Shown here in pieces: positions 51,240-62,437 of a DNA stretch of 64,000 nucleotides (within the stretch, counting starts at the first letter, position 1; each line of letters begins with the position of its first letter). The notes beneath the pieces were generated by a model that saw nothing but the letters and a program-made list of their open reading frames with translations, did no database searches and had not been told where the DNA came from. Both the position numbers and the translations under genes were made by a program. Origin of the DNA: Lachnospiraceae bacterium (GTDB lineage Bacteria > Bacillota > Clostridia > Lachnospirales > Lachnospiraceae); contig JAETQH010000020.1 in the NCBI GenBank assembly GCA_021770785.1, forward strand, positions 3,101 to 67,100. The letters are read 5' to 3'.

Positions 51240-54112
51240 TGATTATACTGAGGGCAAATTCGGAACTGAAACACACATTTGAAAAACTGATAAAGACCAT
51301 GGGAGCCAACGTTGTCTGGAACGGTTTATTTGTGGTGATTGATAATTGCCTGATTTTACAGGGAGCGGTGCGCTCCCTGTTTTTTCATTTTGATAGTAGA
51401 AAAGTACTGGAAAATATTATTGAGCTGCCCATCAAGGAGGAAGACGTAACGGATACCGATGGGGAGCCGAAGGTACAGGATGCCGTCAATATGATTTTGT
51501 ACAGCTTTGGAAAATGGGGAACCATCAAAGGGCTTCGGGTGGAGAAAAATTATGAGCAGCTCAATCGGCTGTTTACCGGAGTGCTGGCGGAAACAGGCAT
51601 AGAGCCAGAATATACAAGGGAGCATTTTCAGTTTTATCAGAACGGAATCAGGGTGACTTACGAGGATGTCATCCAGGCGGCGCTAGAGGCGGGGGAAAAG
51701 CAGCTCGAAGAGCCGGAAAAAGGAGAGCAGGCAGGGCTCTGGCACAAAGTAGCCTGGAAGAAGGCGAAGGTCACATTTCCCAAGGAGGAAACCACACTGC
51801 AGGAGCGGCGCAGCGGCAGGCTGGGAAATAATTTTTACCGGATTGGTTACCGGTGCCCGGACTGTGAGGAAATGCTTCATATGGTGGTTTATCCGCCGGG
51901 CCGGGAATTTAAGATAGAGACGCCGGAGGGGGCGGTACTTCTGGCGAGGGCCTGTACCTGTGCGAGATGCAACAGCTTTTTTACCCCATGCCCGGAAAAA
52001 ATGTTAAGCGAGGGGGATATTTACCGTCTGGACTTTGAGGAGGACAGGAAGGCTTACGAGGACTACCTGGAACTGTTGGGAAAGCAGGGGGAACGAGTAT
52101 CAAATTACCGTTATAATATGTTTGCTGACGGACGGAAAACAGGGAAAACGGAGCAGGAGAATTTAGAAGAAGCCTGTGAAGATTTGGAAAACTGCGGGGA
52201 GGCTGATTTACTGGAGCTTTCGGATAAGATGGAAGAGGGCTTTTTCTCCGATGAGAGCATTGCCCGCTGTGAAAAGAAGGTTCGGGAACAGCTGTGGCTC
52301 CGCGGGCTTTCCCTTGGCAGAAAGAGGTCCCGGAGAGACAGGGGGAGAGAAGAGGGAAGAAGTTCTGATTCCGCTGAGAAAATGCTGGGAGATGAAATCG
52401 CTGCCGGGCAGGGGAAATCTTCCGGTGACGGAAGAACTATCGGACGGGGGAGAGCTTCTGGTGACGGAGAAACTTCCGGTCAGGAGAGAAAATTCGGTGA
52501 CGGAAAAGCTTTCAGTCAGGAGAGAAAATCTGGTGACGGAAAAGCTATCAGCCAGGGGAGAACTTCCGGCGACGGAAAGATAGCGGGAAGCGGTACAGAT
52601 TCGTATGACAATAGAATGCCGGGAAATGGAGAAGCTTCCGGCGAAGGCAGAAATTCACAGGCAGGCTCTGGAAATTTCGATAAGCGGGCAGGCGGAACCG
52701 GGGAAGATACAGGTGCAGTGGGACAGACTGCGTCCGAAAAAGAATTAGGGGAAACCAGAAAAAAATACGAAGCAAGATTTCAGGTATTAGACCGTCTTTC
52801 CGAACGTCAGCTTTCGGAATTAAAAACACAGTTATCCGCAGAACAAAAACTTCCTGCAGGGGAGCGTCAGGCATATCTGTCCCGAATTGAGGAACGGCAG
52901 GGCAGACAGAAGGCAGATCGGCTGAATAAAAAGATAGACAGCTGCGCCGGGAAAAATTATGCCATTTTAAAACGGGTTTATGAGGAAGTAAATCAGGAAG
53001 AACTGCCTGCCTCCATGAAAGAGGAACTTTTAGACCGCCTGCGGCAATGGATGAAAAACCAGGCGGAGTCAGAAGTGAGAACCCTGATGGAGAAGATGCC
53101 GCCGAATTTAGACCGGGCACGTTACAAGACATACGAGAGCCGTATCCGGGAGTATGAGGAAGTGGATTTAAGCCCCTATGAGGAAATGTTAAAAGAGAGA
53201 CGGAGGGCAGCGGAGCAGCAGGAAGTTGCCAACATTGTAAACCGTGCAAGAAAGAGCAGCCGCAGTGATATCGTGGCATTGATGGAGAAATTAGAAAAGG
53301 GAGATTATCTGCAGGAAACCGTGAATGCCTACCTGGAAAAATTAGAGGAACGTCTGCGTCAGATGGATATGGCAGCAGTAGACGGGCTTTTGGGGGATAC
53401 CATTCATCTGGATTTTGAAAAGGGAATGGAGGCTTACAATGCCATCGAAGAAGGAGATTTTCTGCCGGAAATCAGGGAAAATGCTCTAAAGACGTTAGAG
53501 AAGCGCCTTTCCAAAATAAAGGCGGACGAATGCGAACTGCTGGTGAAAAAATTGCAGGAGGAATTGCAGGAGGCAGGTGTTTCCGAAAACGAAAAGCATC
53601 ATTTTTACCCTGCCAGAAAGGTACTGTTAAAACAGGCGCTGCCGGAGGAAACGGATCTGATTGATTTTGCCCTGGCTTCTTATGCCGCCGGGCGGGGATT
53701 GTTTGAGTACCCCATTTTGGTGGTGGATTCCACCAGAAACGGCAGCGGGAAAGAGGGAATGATACTGACGCCGGAACATCTTTATTACAGTAACCTGCTG
53801 ACCTCCTTCGGCATGGGGATTTCGTCCATTGAAAGCATTACGGCTTCTACAGGACTTTTGAACCGGGGGCTTTATGTGAAACAGAAGAACGGCACAAAAA
53901 CGAAAATTCCCTGTGTGGTAGACAGCAGGGAACTGACTGCATTTGCGAAGGTATTAGATGATTTTGTGAAGTATTTACAGGAAAAACCGGATTCCAGAAA
54001 TGTCTCCTATTTAGCGCAGGAGAAACACGATACCATCTGCTGTTTCCGCTGTGGCTATGTCTACAAAGGAGGAATGGAGTGCCCGAAATGCGGTTATAAA
54101 AACAATGAGTAA
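51240..54112 (+). CDS. Large hypothetical protein with zinc-ribbon motifs, 12-aa repeats and helical region
   Basis: CPDC...CARC, C-terminal CFRC...CPKC; start uncertain (51215 or 51239). Confidence 0.8.
52400..52585 (+). repeat. Five 36-bp in-frame repeats (xGDG-based)
   Basis: GGTGACGGA/GGCGACGGA recurs every 36 bp. Confidence 0.75.
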
Positions 54113-54270
54113 TTTATAAAATTTCTTTGGAAATAGTGTTACTGCCCTTTTATCCTGCCCTATAATTACTGTGGTTGCTTGTCACAGAATTAACCAATAA
54201 AAAGTTTTTTGAAAGGGATACAATAGTAGAGACAAATATTGTACATAAAAAAATGAAAGGAGAGATTTTT

Positions 54271-55512
54271 ATGAAAAAAGAAAAGCATGTTTTGCGCAGG
54301 GTGCTGCGTATGTTTGCATTATTTTTGGCAGTGATTGGAATGTGTGTGCAGCTTGGGAGCGTGACAACAGAGGCGGCAGAACCTACCATCAGCAAGAAGA
54401 CGCAGACGCTTAAGGTCGGTCAGCAGGTGACCTTGCAGGTAAAGAATGCCAATGCAAAGGTCAAGTGGAGCACAAGCGACAAAAAAGTCGTAAAAATTGG
54501 CAAGACATCGGGAAGTAATAAGAGTAAGGTAAAGATTGAAGCACAAAAAACGGGTACAGTTTAAGTTACAGCAAAAATAGGCGGTAAAAATCTTAAGGTA
54601 AAAGTAACGGTGAAGAGTTACACCATCAATAAAAAGACGGCTTCTGTAAATGAAGGCAACACCGTTACGCTGACGGCAAAAAATGCAGGAAAGAATATTA
54701 GCTGGAGCAGCAACAATGAAGGGGTTGCGAAAATTGTGAACACCAGCGGTTCTTTTGGAAATAAGGTAACAGTAATGGGGGTTTCTTCGGGAACAGCTAC
54801 CATTACCGGAAAAATTGGTTCTGCCAAAGTACAGACCAAAGTCACAGTAAAGCATGTTCATAAGTATAGTGCGGCAACCTGTACCACACCAGCAACCTGT
54901 TCCTGCGGAGCAGTGTCCGGACAGGCATTAGGACATCTGGCAGGTAAGGCGGCAACCTGTATGGAGGCGCAGTATTGTGAACGCTGCCATGTGGTATTGG
55001 CAAATCCGATGGGACATAGTATGAGCAAAGCAACCTGCCAGCAAGTGGCAACTTGTCAGAGACCCGGCTGTGGATATACAGAGGGCGGCTTGGCAGACCA
55101 TGACTGGAATTATGATACAGGTCATTGCCGTACACCAGGTTGTGATGCGATTAACCTTCAGCATTTTCTTAGTATGAGAATTGTTAATTGTGGCTATAAT
55201 ACGGATTTGATAGCACTGCTTGTTTCCAACAATGGCAGATATACTTTACAGATATGCGATGAGGACGGCAAGGCAACAGTCTATGTGCCAAGTGCTTCTT
55301 TGCAGTTGCAGGCAAGGGCATGGGATGTAAATAATGGAAGAGCGATTGCCGGTTATAATGTACCAAGCGGAAGTAGCGGCTATGCCCACTTTGCAACTAC
55401 AAACACATTTGGACTAGATTTTGATTCGAGAATTGAGTTTGATATTTTTTATAATCATGTGAAGTATCATGTCAGTGTGACAGAGGACGGATTTACCTAT
55501 AAAGAAAGCTAA
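54271..55512 (+). pseudogene. Secreted Ig-like (Big_2) protein with Cys/His ATC repeats, split by an in-frame TAA at 54562-54564
   Basis: Signal peptide; ...KTGTV*VTAKIGGKNLKVKVTVKSY continues in frame into the 54610 ORF. Confidence 0.75.
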
Positions 55513-55532
55513 ATCAGAATAGAAATATGCAG

Positions 55533-55582
55533 GCTGACAGACGATGGTTAAATGACAAAAGCCATCGTCTGTCAGTTTTTTA
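55533..55582 (+). terminator. Intrinsic terminator
   Basis: CTGACAGACGATGG ... CCATCGTCTGTCAG followed by a T-run. Confidence 0.85.
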
Positions 55583-55818
55583 TTATAGCAGTTTCAAGAC
55601 AAAAACGGGAGAGGAATTAGTAAAAAGGAGAATACGTCAATGATCCTGCCTTCAATGCTTATACCTCTATATTTTGTCTGGTGCATGAAGGAAACCTCAG
55701 ACATGGTAAATATTTATAACTTCTGATAGAGAGGGAATTCTCCTTCTGTTATTCATCAGATATGATTTTTTAACTTATTAACTGTATAGCTCTTGTGGCT
55801 ATATCATTATTATACTAG

Positions 55819-56138
55819 GAGGAGAAAGCACTGCTGAACCGATTAGAGAAATACAAGGCGAACTATCTGTTGTTCCTTTGGGATTTTAAAGTTCCCTTCA
55901 GCAACAATATGTCTGAGAAAGATCTGAGGATTTGTAAAAACAGGGAAAAGATGACAGGTGGATTTCGTAACGGGGATGGGAGATAGATGTATTGTGACAT
56001 CATTAGCTTTGTAGAAACCGTAAAGCGGAAAAAGAAAAATATATTCGAGAGTATCAAAGCCCTTATAAATGGCACATCAGTTATTGAATGACTGGTGTAT
56101 TAACCATGTATTTATTTAAGGGGTGCCTGAACTGTTAC
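55819..56138 (+). mobile_element. IS66-family remnant (transposase C-terminus and right end)
   Basis: Manual translation NYLLFLWDFKVPFSNNMSEKDLR..K..EKMTGGFR with an internal stop; terminus CTGAACTGTTAC (reverse complement GTAAC...). Confidence 0.75.
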
Positions 56139-56741
56139 GATTTAGCAATAAATTTGACGGATTTACAGTACGATAATGCTCATGCAGTGGATATTAAGGC
56201 AGCGAACCAGAGTTGTGTGGACACATCTGCAGTTCTCGGAATCAGAAAAAATGCCCGCGATGGTGAGCTGGTGAATACAATACCTCTTGCTGCGCTTTCG
56301 AAAGGTGCAGTGACAACTATTAGCTACTTGTGGAATGAAAATACAGAGAATTATGATAGCCATGCGGATAGTTTGTATTTTGAAGTAAAAACAGACAGCG
56401 AAGAACGATATACAAACAATAATTATGATTTTATCTCAGTGGGAGCGCAGAATGCAGACTCTGGCGATAATACGAATCCCGGAGACGATGGAAATACGCC
56501 GGGAGGAGACAATACGAATCCCGGAGACACAGGAACAAAGCCGGGGGAAGATAATCCCAATCCGGGAGACAACGGAGCCGGAGATAACTCAAATCCCGGA
56601 AATACAGGAGGAGAGACTTCCGGCAGCGGTGAAGGTGGGACCGGAGAAAATCAGAACTCCGAAAATAGTCTGGAGGTTAAAGTAACAAAACTCAAGATTT
56701 CCGCTCCTTTGAAGAAAATCGCCGCTGGAAAAATCAAATAA
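56139..56741 (+). pseudogene. Internal fragment of a large surface protein (GDNTNPG linker, start of an Ig-like domain)
   Basis: Begins at the IS66 end, has no real start, and stops at KKIAAGKIK early in a Big_2-like domain. Confidence 0.6.
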
Positions 56742-56780
56742 GGCAAACCCAAAAGATAAGCCACAGTAAAAAGATACAAC

Positions 56781-56818
56781 AGAAAAATCCGGCGGTGAAC
56801 AACCAGCCGGATTTTTCT
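56781..56818. terminator. Bidirectional terminator
   Basis: AGAAAAATCCGGC ... GCCGGATTTTTCT. Confidence 0.75.
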
Positions 56819-56833
56819 AAAAACGTTGCCCAT

Positions 56834-57880
56834 TTAAGTCCAGTAGCTTTCCAGATAGGTTTGAGTATCCTCCGCGGACAGGTGATATTTGTCTGTTAAT
56901 TTTGAAGCAACATCTTCTTTGGAGGTGCCGAACTCCCGGCATGTCTCGATAAAAATTTTGATGTATTCCTGTCTGGCTTCCTCTTTTCCAATCTGCCTGC
57001 CTTCTTCTTTTCCAATCTGCCTGCCTTTTTCTTCTCCAATCTGAAGTCCTTTCTGAAGTCCTTCCTGCGTGGCTTCGTCCCGAATCATCTGTTCCCATTC
57101 CCAGGATTTCATATAGCTGATGCTGACCTCCTTTCTGCGTTTAACCTTGTTCACGAGGTTTTCCACAGCGGCGATGTTTTGATTTTTGACGTTTGCCACC
57201 GTGGTTTCTTCTAAGTATTTTAACATATCGCAAAGCTCCTGACTAGGGTTTCCTTCGGTGCCTCTGGTGTAGAGAAAAATTTTTTTTGCACCGTCATCGT
57301 AAGGAAGGGAATTTTCTTCCACACATTGATTTTGAATCGTATAGACCATGCGGTTTTTCCCGAAGGGGTCATAGGGTAGAATAGTGATGATAACAACCTC
57401 CGGCAGTGCATGGTAGGACATATCGGAGGCGAGAAGCTGGGTGTCGATAAGCCCATGATAGTAGCGCATCCGTCTGGGGAGAGTTTCTTTTTCATAGCGG
57501 GTATTTGGTTCGATATCGTAGATAGCGGGGAGCACCTCGGCGTCAAGAGAAGCTTCGTGGGTAAGAGAGAGGTCATCGGAAACAGCTTTGATATAGGTGT
57601 CCATTCGGATACCGTGCCTGTGGGTGTCAATGCCGGGAATTTCTTTTTGCGGAACTACATGGACTTTCCGAATGGGTTTTCCTAAGATGGTGCTAAGAAG
57701 AATGCGGCAAAATTCTTCACTGATATCCTCCTGCAGCAGCATCTGTCGGAAAAGGAAATCATCTAACAGGTTCAAATCTTCTAATCTGCGGTGAGGAAAT
57801 TTGGTTTTCACAGCAGATGTTGGTGCAGATGCAGGTGATGATTGTGACAGCGTCAGTTTCGTATTCGTATGTTCGGACAT
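56834..57880 (-). CDS. Rpn/PD-(D/E)XK nuclease-family protein
   Basis: LLDDFLF, GIRMD, YDIEP, RRMRYY, YDPFG; C-terminal 8-aa repeats EEGRQIGK; ATG 57880 with an AGGAGG RBS. Confidence 0.88.
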   Translation of the reverse strand: MSEHTNTKLTLSQSSPASAPTSAVKTKFPHRRLEDLNLLDDFLFRQMLLQEDISEEFCRILLSTILGKPIRKVHVVPQKEIPGIDTHRHGIRMDTYIKAVSDDLSLTHEASLDAEVLPAIYDIEPNTRYEKETLPRRMRYYHGLIDTQLLASDMSYHALPEVVIITILPYDPFGKNRMVYTIQNQCVEENSLPYDDGAKKIFLYTRGTEGNPSQELCDMLKYLEETTVANVKNQNIAAVENLVNKVKRRKEVSISYMKSWEWEQMIRDEATQEGLQKGLQIGEEKGRQIGKEEGRQIGKEEARQEYIKIFIETCREFGTSKEDVASKLTDKYHLSAEDTQTYLESYWT

Positions 57881-58179
57881 AAAAATCCTCCTTTTGTAGG
57901 TTTTGAATGATGATAATGCGGCGAATTGCCATGACTTCTGTTTTGCAGAAGTGAAATGTGTAAAAATTGGGATGATTCCAAAATATTTCATGGAAACAGT
58001 AATGTGTAAATAATGAAATATATTTCATAAAGGCATTTGCAAAATATAGGGTAATTATAGTACAGAAATGGGAGGATGACAAGTGAAAATTTTATAAAAT
58101 ATCAATGGTTTTCCTTTTGACACCCGAATCATTGTTTTTGAAATCCAAATCTGTCATCTGGGTAAGCCTTCATTGAATA

Positions 58180-58224
58180 GTAACAGTTCAGCCCTCCCTG
58201 TGCCCTGGGAGGCTGAAGTGTTAG
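58180..58224. repeat. 45-bp hairpin with IS66-like termini
   Basis: GTAACAGTTCAGCC ... GGCTGAAGTGTTAG; the first 12 bp are the exact reverse complement of 56127-56138. Confidence 0.55.
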
Positions 58225-58294
58225 AAGTTTTTAATAAAATCGCATAAAATATATTCCAATTTCATAAAAATATGGTATGATATTGCCATAAGGT

Positions 58295-58312
58295 TTGTTA
58301 CAGAATTAACAA
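58295..58312. promoter_or_regulatory. Rex operator
   Basis: TTGTTACAGAATTAACAA matches the clostridial Rex box TTGTTAA-N4-TTAACAA at all but one position, upstream of an alcohol dehydrogenase. Confidence 0.8.
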
Positions 58313-58375
58313 AACTTAGCATTCATGTACATACTAAACGTAATGCCGCGAGGGGTGCGGCGGAATGGAGGAGAA

Positions 58376-59593
58376 ATGGCAAGATTTACACTACCAAGAG
58401 ATTTGTACCATGGAAAGGGTGCATTAGAGGCATTAAAGTCATTTGAGGGGAAAAAAGCAATGATTTGCGTTGGCGGAGGTTCCATGAAGCGTTTCGGTTT
58501 CCTTGACCGTGCAAAACAGTACTTAGAGGAAGCAGGCATGGAGGTTCAGTTATTTGAGGGAATTGAGCCGGATCCGTCTGTTGAGACTGTTATGAAAGGT
58601 GCCGAGGCAATGCTGGCGTTTGAGCCGGACTGGATTGTTGCCATGGGCGGCGGTTCACCCATTGATGCTGCTAAAGCAATGTGGATTAAATATGAATATC
58701 CGGATATCACCTTTGAGGATATGTGCAAGGTGTTTGGTATTCCGAAACTTCGTAAAAAAGCGCAGTTCTGTGCGATTTCCTCCACGTCAGGAACCGCTAC
58801 GGAGGTAACTGCATTTTCTATTATTACAGATTACAATAAGGGTATCAAATATCCTATCGCAGACTTTGAGATTACACCGGATGTTGCCATTGTAGACCCG
58901 GATTTGGCGGAGACCATGCCGCAGAAATTAGTGGCGCATACCGGAATGGACGCCATGACTCACGCAGTAGAGGCTTATGTTTCTACAGCAAACTGTGATT
59001 TCACAGATCCGTTGGCATTACATGCCATTAAGATGATTCAGAATGATTTGGTGGACTCCTACAACGGAGATATGGCAAAGAGAGATTCCATGCACAATGC
59101 ACAGTGTCTTGCAGGAATGGCATTCTCCAACGCATTGTTAGGTATCGTGCATTCCATGGCACACAAGACAGGAGCGGCTTTCGCAGACCATGGTGCACAT
59201 ATTATCCACGGTGCAGCCAATGCGATGTATCTGCCGAAGGTTATCGCTTTCAACGCAAAGGATGAGACTGCTAAGGCACGTTACGGCGAAATCGCTGATT
59301 TCATGGGACTTGGCGGAGACAGCTTGGATGAAAAAGTTACACTGCTCATCAACTATTTAAGAAAGATGAACGACGACTTAAATATTCCCCACTGCATCAA
59401 GAATTACGGTGCTGACAGCTATCCGACAGAGCAGGGCTTTGTACCGGAGGATGTGTTCTTAGAGAGACTGCATGATATCGCAGCCAACGCTTTGTTAGAT
59501 GCCTGCACAGGTTCTAACCCGCGCCAGCCGAGTCAGGAAGAGATGGAGAAGCTTCTGAAATGCTGTTACTATGATACAGAGGTAGATTTCTAA
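58376..59593 (+). CDS. Iron-containing alcohol (butanol) dehydrogenase
   Basis: GGGSPIDAAK, TSGTATEVT, GMDAMTHAVE, HSMAH, HGAANA. Confidence 0.93.
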   Translation: MARFTLPRDLYHGKGALEALKSFEGKKAMICVGGGSMKRFGFLDRAKQYLEEAGMEVQLFEGIEPDPSVETVMKGAEAMLAFEPDWIVAMGGGSPIDAAKAMWIKYEYPDITFEDMCKVFGIPKLRKKAQFCAISSTSGTATEVTAFSIITDYNKGIKYPIADFEITPDVAIVDPDLAETMPQKLVAHTGMDAMTHAVEAYVSTANCDFTDPLALHAIKMIQNDLVDSYNGDMAKRDSMHNAQCLAGMAFSNALLGIVHSMAHKTGAAFADHGAHIIHGAANAMYLPKVIAFNAKDETAKARYGEIADFMGLGGDSLDEKVTLLINYLRKMNDDLNIPHCIKNYGADSYPTEQGFVPEDVFLERLHDIAANALLDACTGSNPRQPSQEEMEKLLKCCYYDTEVDF

Positions 59594-59709
59594 GAGAAGT
59601 AAAATGACATAGTTTTTATCAAAGAGATGCAGGGCACCTTATTTCAGAGAGAAACAAGGCTGTCCTGCATGTTTTACTGTGCCGTTACGGTATAATAACG
59701 ACAGACTTA

Positions 59710-60879
59710 TTAGTGTTCTTCCAGCCAGCGGACCGCGCAGTGCGCCAAACAAGCGGAACCGATTGGACAGACGTTTTCATTGAACTGAACCTTCGGATTG
59801 TGTGCAGGGGCATCCCCCCGCTTATCCATATATCCTGCCGAAAGATACATGAATACGCTGGGGACTCTCTCCGCAATAGTTGCAAAGTCCTCAGAAGCAC
59901 TGGCTGACGTGTTGGGAATAGGAGTCAGATCGGGAATCGGCAGTTCCTGCATATAGCCTGCTATCTCGTTCGTCATAGTAGGATCACATATTAGTGGTGG
60001 CACCTCAGAAATCATCTCGATCTCTGCCAATCCCCCAAATACCTCCGCAGTCTTGTGAACAATCTCCTTCAGCCGCTGGACCAGTTTCTCACGGCTGGCG
60101 CTGTCATTGGTACGCAAAGTCCCCTGGAGGAGGGCTGTATCAGGGATTATGTTGGGGGCCGAACCTGCGGAAAAATTGCCGATGGTCAGTACACAGGCTT
60201 TGCTGGGATCTGCTTCGCGAGCAATCAGCGATTCCAGAGCAAGATAAATATGGACACCGATATTGATTGGATCGATGGAACTGTGCGGATATGCGCCGTG
60301 GGCACCCCGCCCATGGATTGTGATTCGAAAACCATCCACAGAATACATCATGGTTCCGCCACTGTTGTACATGAACAAGCCTACAGGCATCCTCCCGGGA
60401 CCGACGTGATAGGCTAGGGCTGCATCCACACCTTCTAGTACCCCATGTGCCAGCATATCTTTTGCACCCTCAAAGGTTTCTTCCGCAGGTTGGAACATAA
60501 ACCGAACCCTGCCAGACAGCATGGCTTCATTTTCTTTTAGCATCTTTGCCGCTGTCAGTAACATGGCTGCATGGAAATCATGGCCGCAGGTATGAGCCTC
60601 TGTACCGGTTGGACAGGAAAAGATTTCGCCGCTTTCTTCTGGCATGGGCAGCGCATCCATATCCGCTCGGAGCAGGATTGTCCGGCCCCCTTCCTGGCCC
60701 AGCTCTGCAGTCACTCCATGTCCGCAGGGATGGGGATCCAATCCATATCCTCTCAATTGCTCCATAACATAGGCTTGTCCTTTGGGCATATGAAGACCCA
60801 CTTCTGCGTTGCTGTGCAGCCAACGGCGGTGAGAGATAGTTTCTTCGCGCAGTTCCAGTGCCCGTTTATAAAAATCCAT
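59710..60879 (-). CDS. M20D amidohydrolase
   Basis: LRADMDALP, HTCGHD, FQPAEE, ASEDF, HNP. Confidence 0.93.
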   Translation of the reverse strand: MDFYKRALELREETISHRRWLHSNAEVGLHMPKGQAYVMEQLRGYGLDPHPCGHGVTAELGQEGGRTILLRADMDALPMPEESGEIFSCPTGTEAHTCGHDFHAAMLLTAAKMLKENEAMLSGRVRFMFQPAEETFEGAKDMLAHGVLEGVDAALAYHVGPGRMPVGLFMYNSGGTMMYSVDGFRITIHGRGAHGAYPHSSIDPINIGVHIYLALESLIAREADPSKACVLTIGNFSAGSAPNIIPDTALLQGTLRTNDSASREKLVQRLKEIVHKTAEVFGGLAEIEMISEVPPLICDPTMTNEIAGYMQELPIPDLTPIPNTSASASEDFATIAERVPSVFMYLSAGYMDKRGDAPAHNPKVQFNENVCPIGSACLAHCAVRWLEEH

Positions 60880-61198
60880 AATCGTACCTCCTTAATTTGC
60901 TATGAAAAATTAGTAAACATATGCTGAGAAAATTATAGCAAACAGCGTTGATAACTTCAACAATGTTTATAGTTTGCCCGCTATTTATAAAAAAGACACA
61001 TCTGACTGTCACAAAAGTTTTAGCAAGCCGCAGGGATAGACGTAACAAAAAAACGATGTTACATAAGTGCTGCCTTTCCCATGAAACAAAAGACCCGCCG
61101 GATGTGAGGCACATCCGTAGGAATACAAAGTTACCAACAGGGTTCTACTGTCCTTTCCCTCTGCATAAAATAATGGAAAGCAGAGTTTGGGAATGGGT

Positions 61199-61489
61199 AT
61201 GGAAAAAAAGAAAATAAAGATAGCAGGGACGGCGCTTTTATTTGCCGCCATGTTTTTTGTGGGAAGAAGTGCAGCTTCCTTCCAGACGGAGGGAGTTCTC
61301 CTTCCTGCCATGGGAAACCATATGTCAGAAGAGGCGGAAAACTGGGGGCTGGGCTTTGGGGCGGAGGGTACAAAGCCTACGGGAAATGCCACGGCGGAGG
61401 AATTGAAAAAATATAACGCCTATTATGTGGGGGATAAAGAAGATAAAGTGATTTATCTGACCTTTGACTGTGGCTATGAAGGAAGTTAA
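61199..61489 (+). pseudogene. pdaA: 5' fragment of delta-lactam-biosynthetic deacetylase PdaA-like gene, interrupted at ~61480
   Basis: Signal/TM, NWGLGF, YNAYYVGD..KVIYLTFDCGYE, then GS* and an abrupt shift to AT-rich sequence. Confidence 0.75.
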
Positions 61490-61553
61490 TAAGGATTGTT
61501 GAGAACTTGGTAAAAATCCAGGTTCTTTTTTTGTGGAAGGAAAGGAGGTACAT

Positions 61554-61970
61554 ATGGCGAAGAGGGGGAGAAAGACGAATGGCTTTAGAGATGAATACCT
61601 TAGTTACAAGAATTGTGGAGTAGATACAGCACAGTTCTACTATGACATGGGAACTACCATCAATCAGGTTTCGACTAAAACGGGAGTATGTAGAGAAGCT
61701 ATAACAAGGTTTGTAGCAAATCATACAGCAGCTTCCACAAATGAAAAAATTGTATCGTATTTGGAAGAATGTATTATCAGTGATTATAGAGATACGATTC
61801 AGGAATGCAGAAAACAAATTGATGATATAAAAAAGCAAACAAATGATGCGTGGGAAATTTATTTAAAAAGAGAAGAAATGCTTGAAGAACGGCGGAAAAA
61901 ACATCATATAAACAGGCTATATCCCATGGAAAGGCAGATTAGAGAAGAAGAAATACTAGAAAAAAAGTAG
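61554..61970 (+). CDS. Hypothetical protein with possible HTH, paralog 1
   Basis: EYLSYKNCGVDTAQFYYDMGT..VSTKTGVCREAITRFV; AGGAGG RBS. Confidence 0.75.
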   Translation: MAKRGRKTNGFRDEYLSYKNCGVDTAQFYYDMGTTINQVSTKTGVCREAITRFVANHTAASTNEKIVSYLEECIISDYRDTIQECRKQIDDIKKQTNDAWEIYLKREEMLEERRKKHHINRLYPMERQIREEEILEKK

Positions 61971-61979
61971 GAGGTACGT

Positions 61980-62393
61980 ATGGCGCAGAAAGGAGCAAAG
62001 TCAAGCTATATAAATGAATATCTTAGTTACCAGAATTGTGGAGTGAATATCACACAGTTTTATTATGACATGGGAACGAATATGTTTTGTGTTTCAAAAG
62101 AGACAGGAATAAGCAGACAAGCATTAGCAAGATTTGTAGTGTATCGTGCATCTGATGATACAAACAATATAGTTGTAAGATATTTAGAAGAAAAGATAAC
62201 AAAGGATTATCAGGAAACAACTCGACAAAACAAAAGAAAAATTGAAAGTCTTAGACAAAAAGTTAATGCTGCCTGGGAATTGTATTTGAAGAGAGAAGAA
62301 CTGCTGGAAGAATATCGGAAAAAGCATCATGTTGAGAGAAAACATCCAATGGAGAGGAGGGTTACGGAAGAAGAAATTTTTGAAAAAAGCTAG
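61980..62393 (+). CDS. Hypothetical protein with possible HTH, paralog 2
   Basis: EYLSYQNCGVNITQFYYDMGT..VSKETGISRQALARFV; colinear with the previous gene. Confidence 0.75.
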   Translation: MAQKGAKSSYINEYLSYQNCGVNITQFYYDMGTNMFCVSKETGISRQALARFVVYRASDDTNNIVVRYLEEKITKDYQETTRQNKRKIESLRQKVNAAWELYLKREELLEEYRKKHHVERKHPMERRVTEEEIFEKS

Positions 62394-62437
62394 TGTAAAA
62401 TAGGGAAAAGAAGCAAGCTTCTGTAAAAAACAAATCC

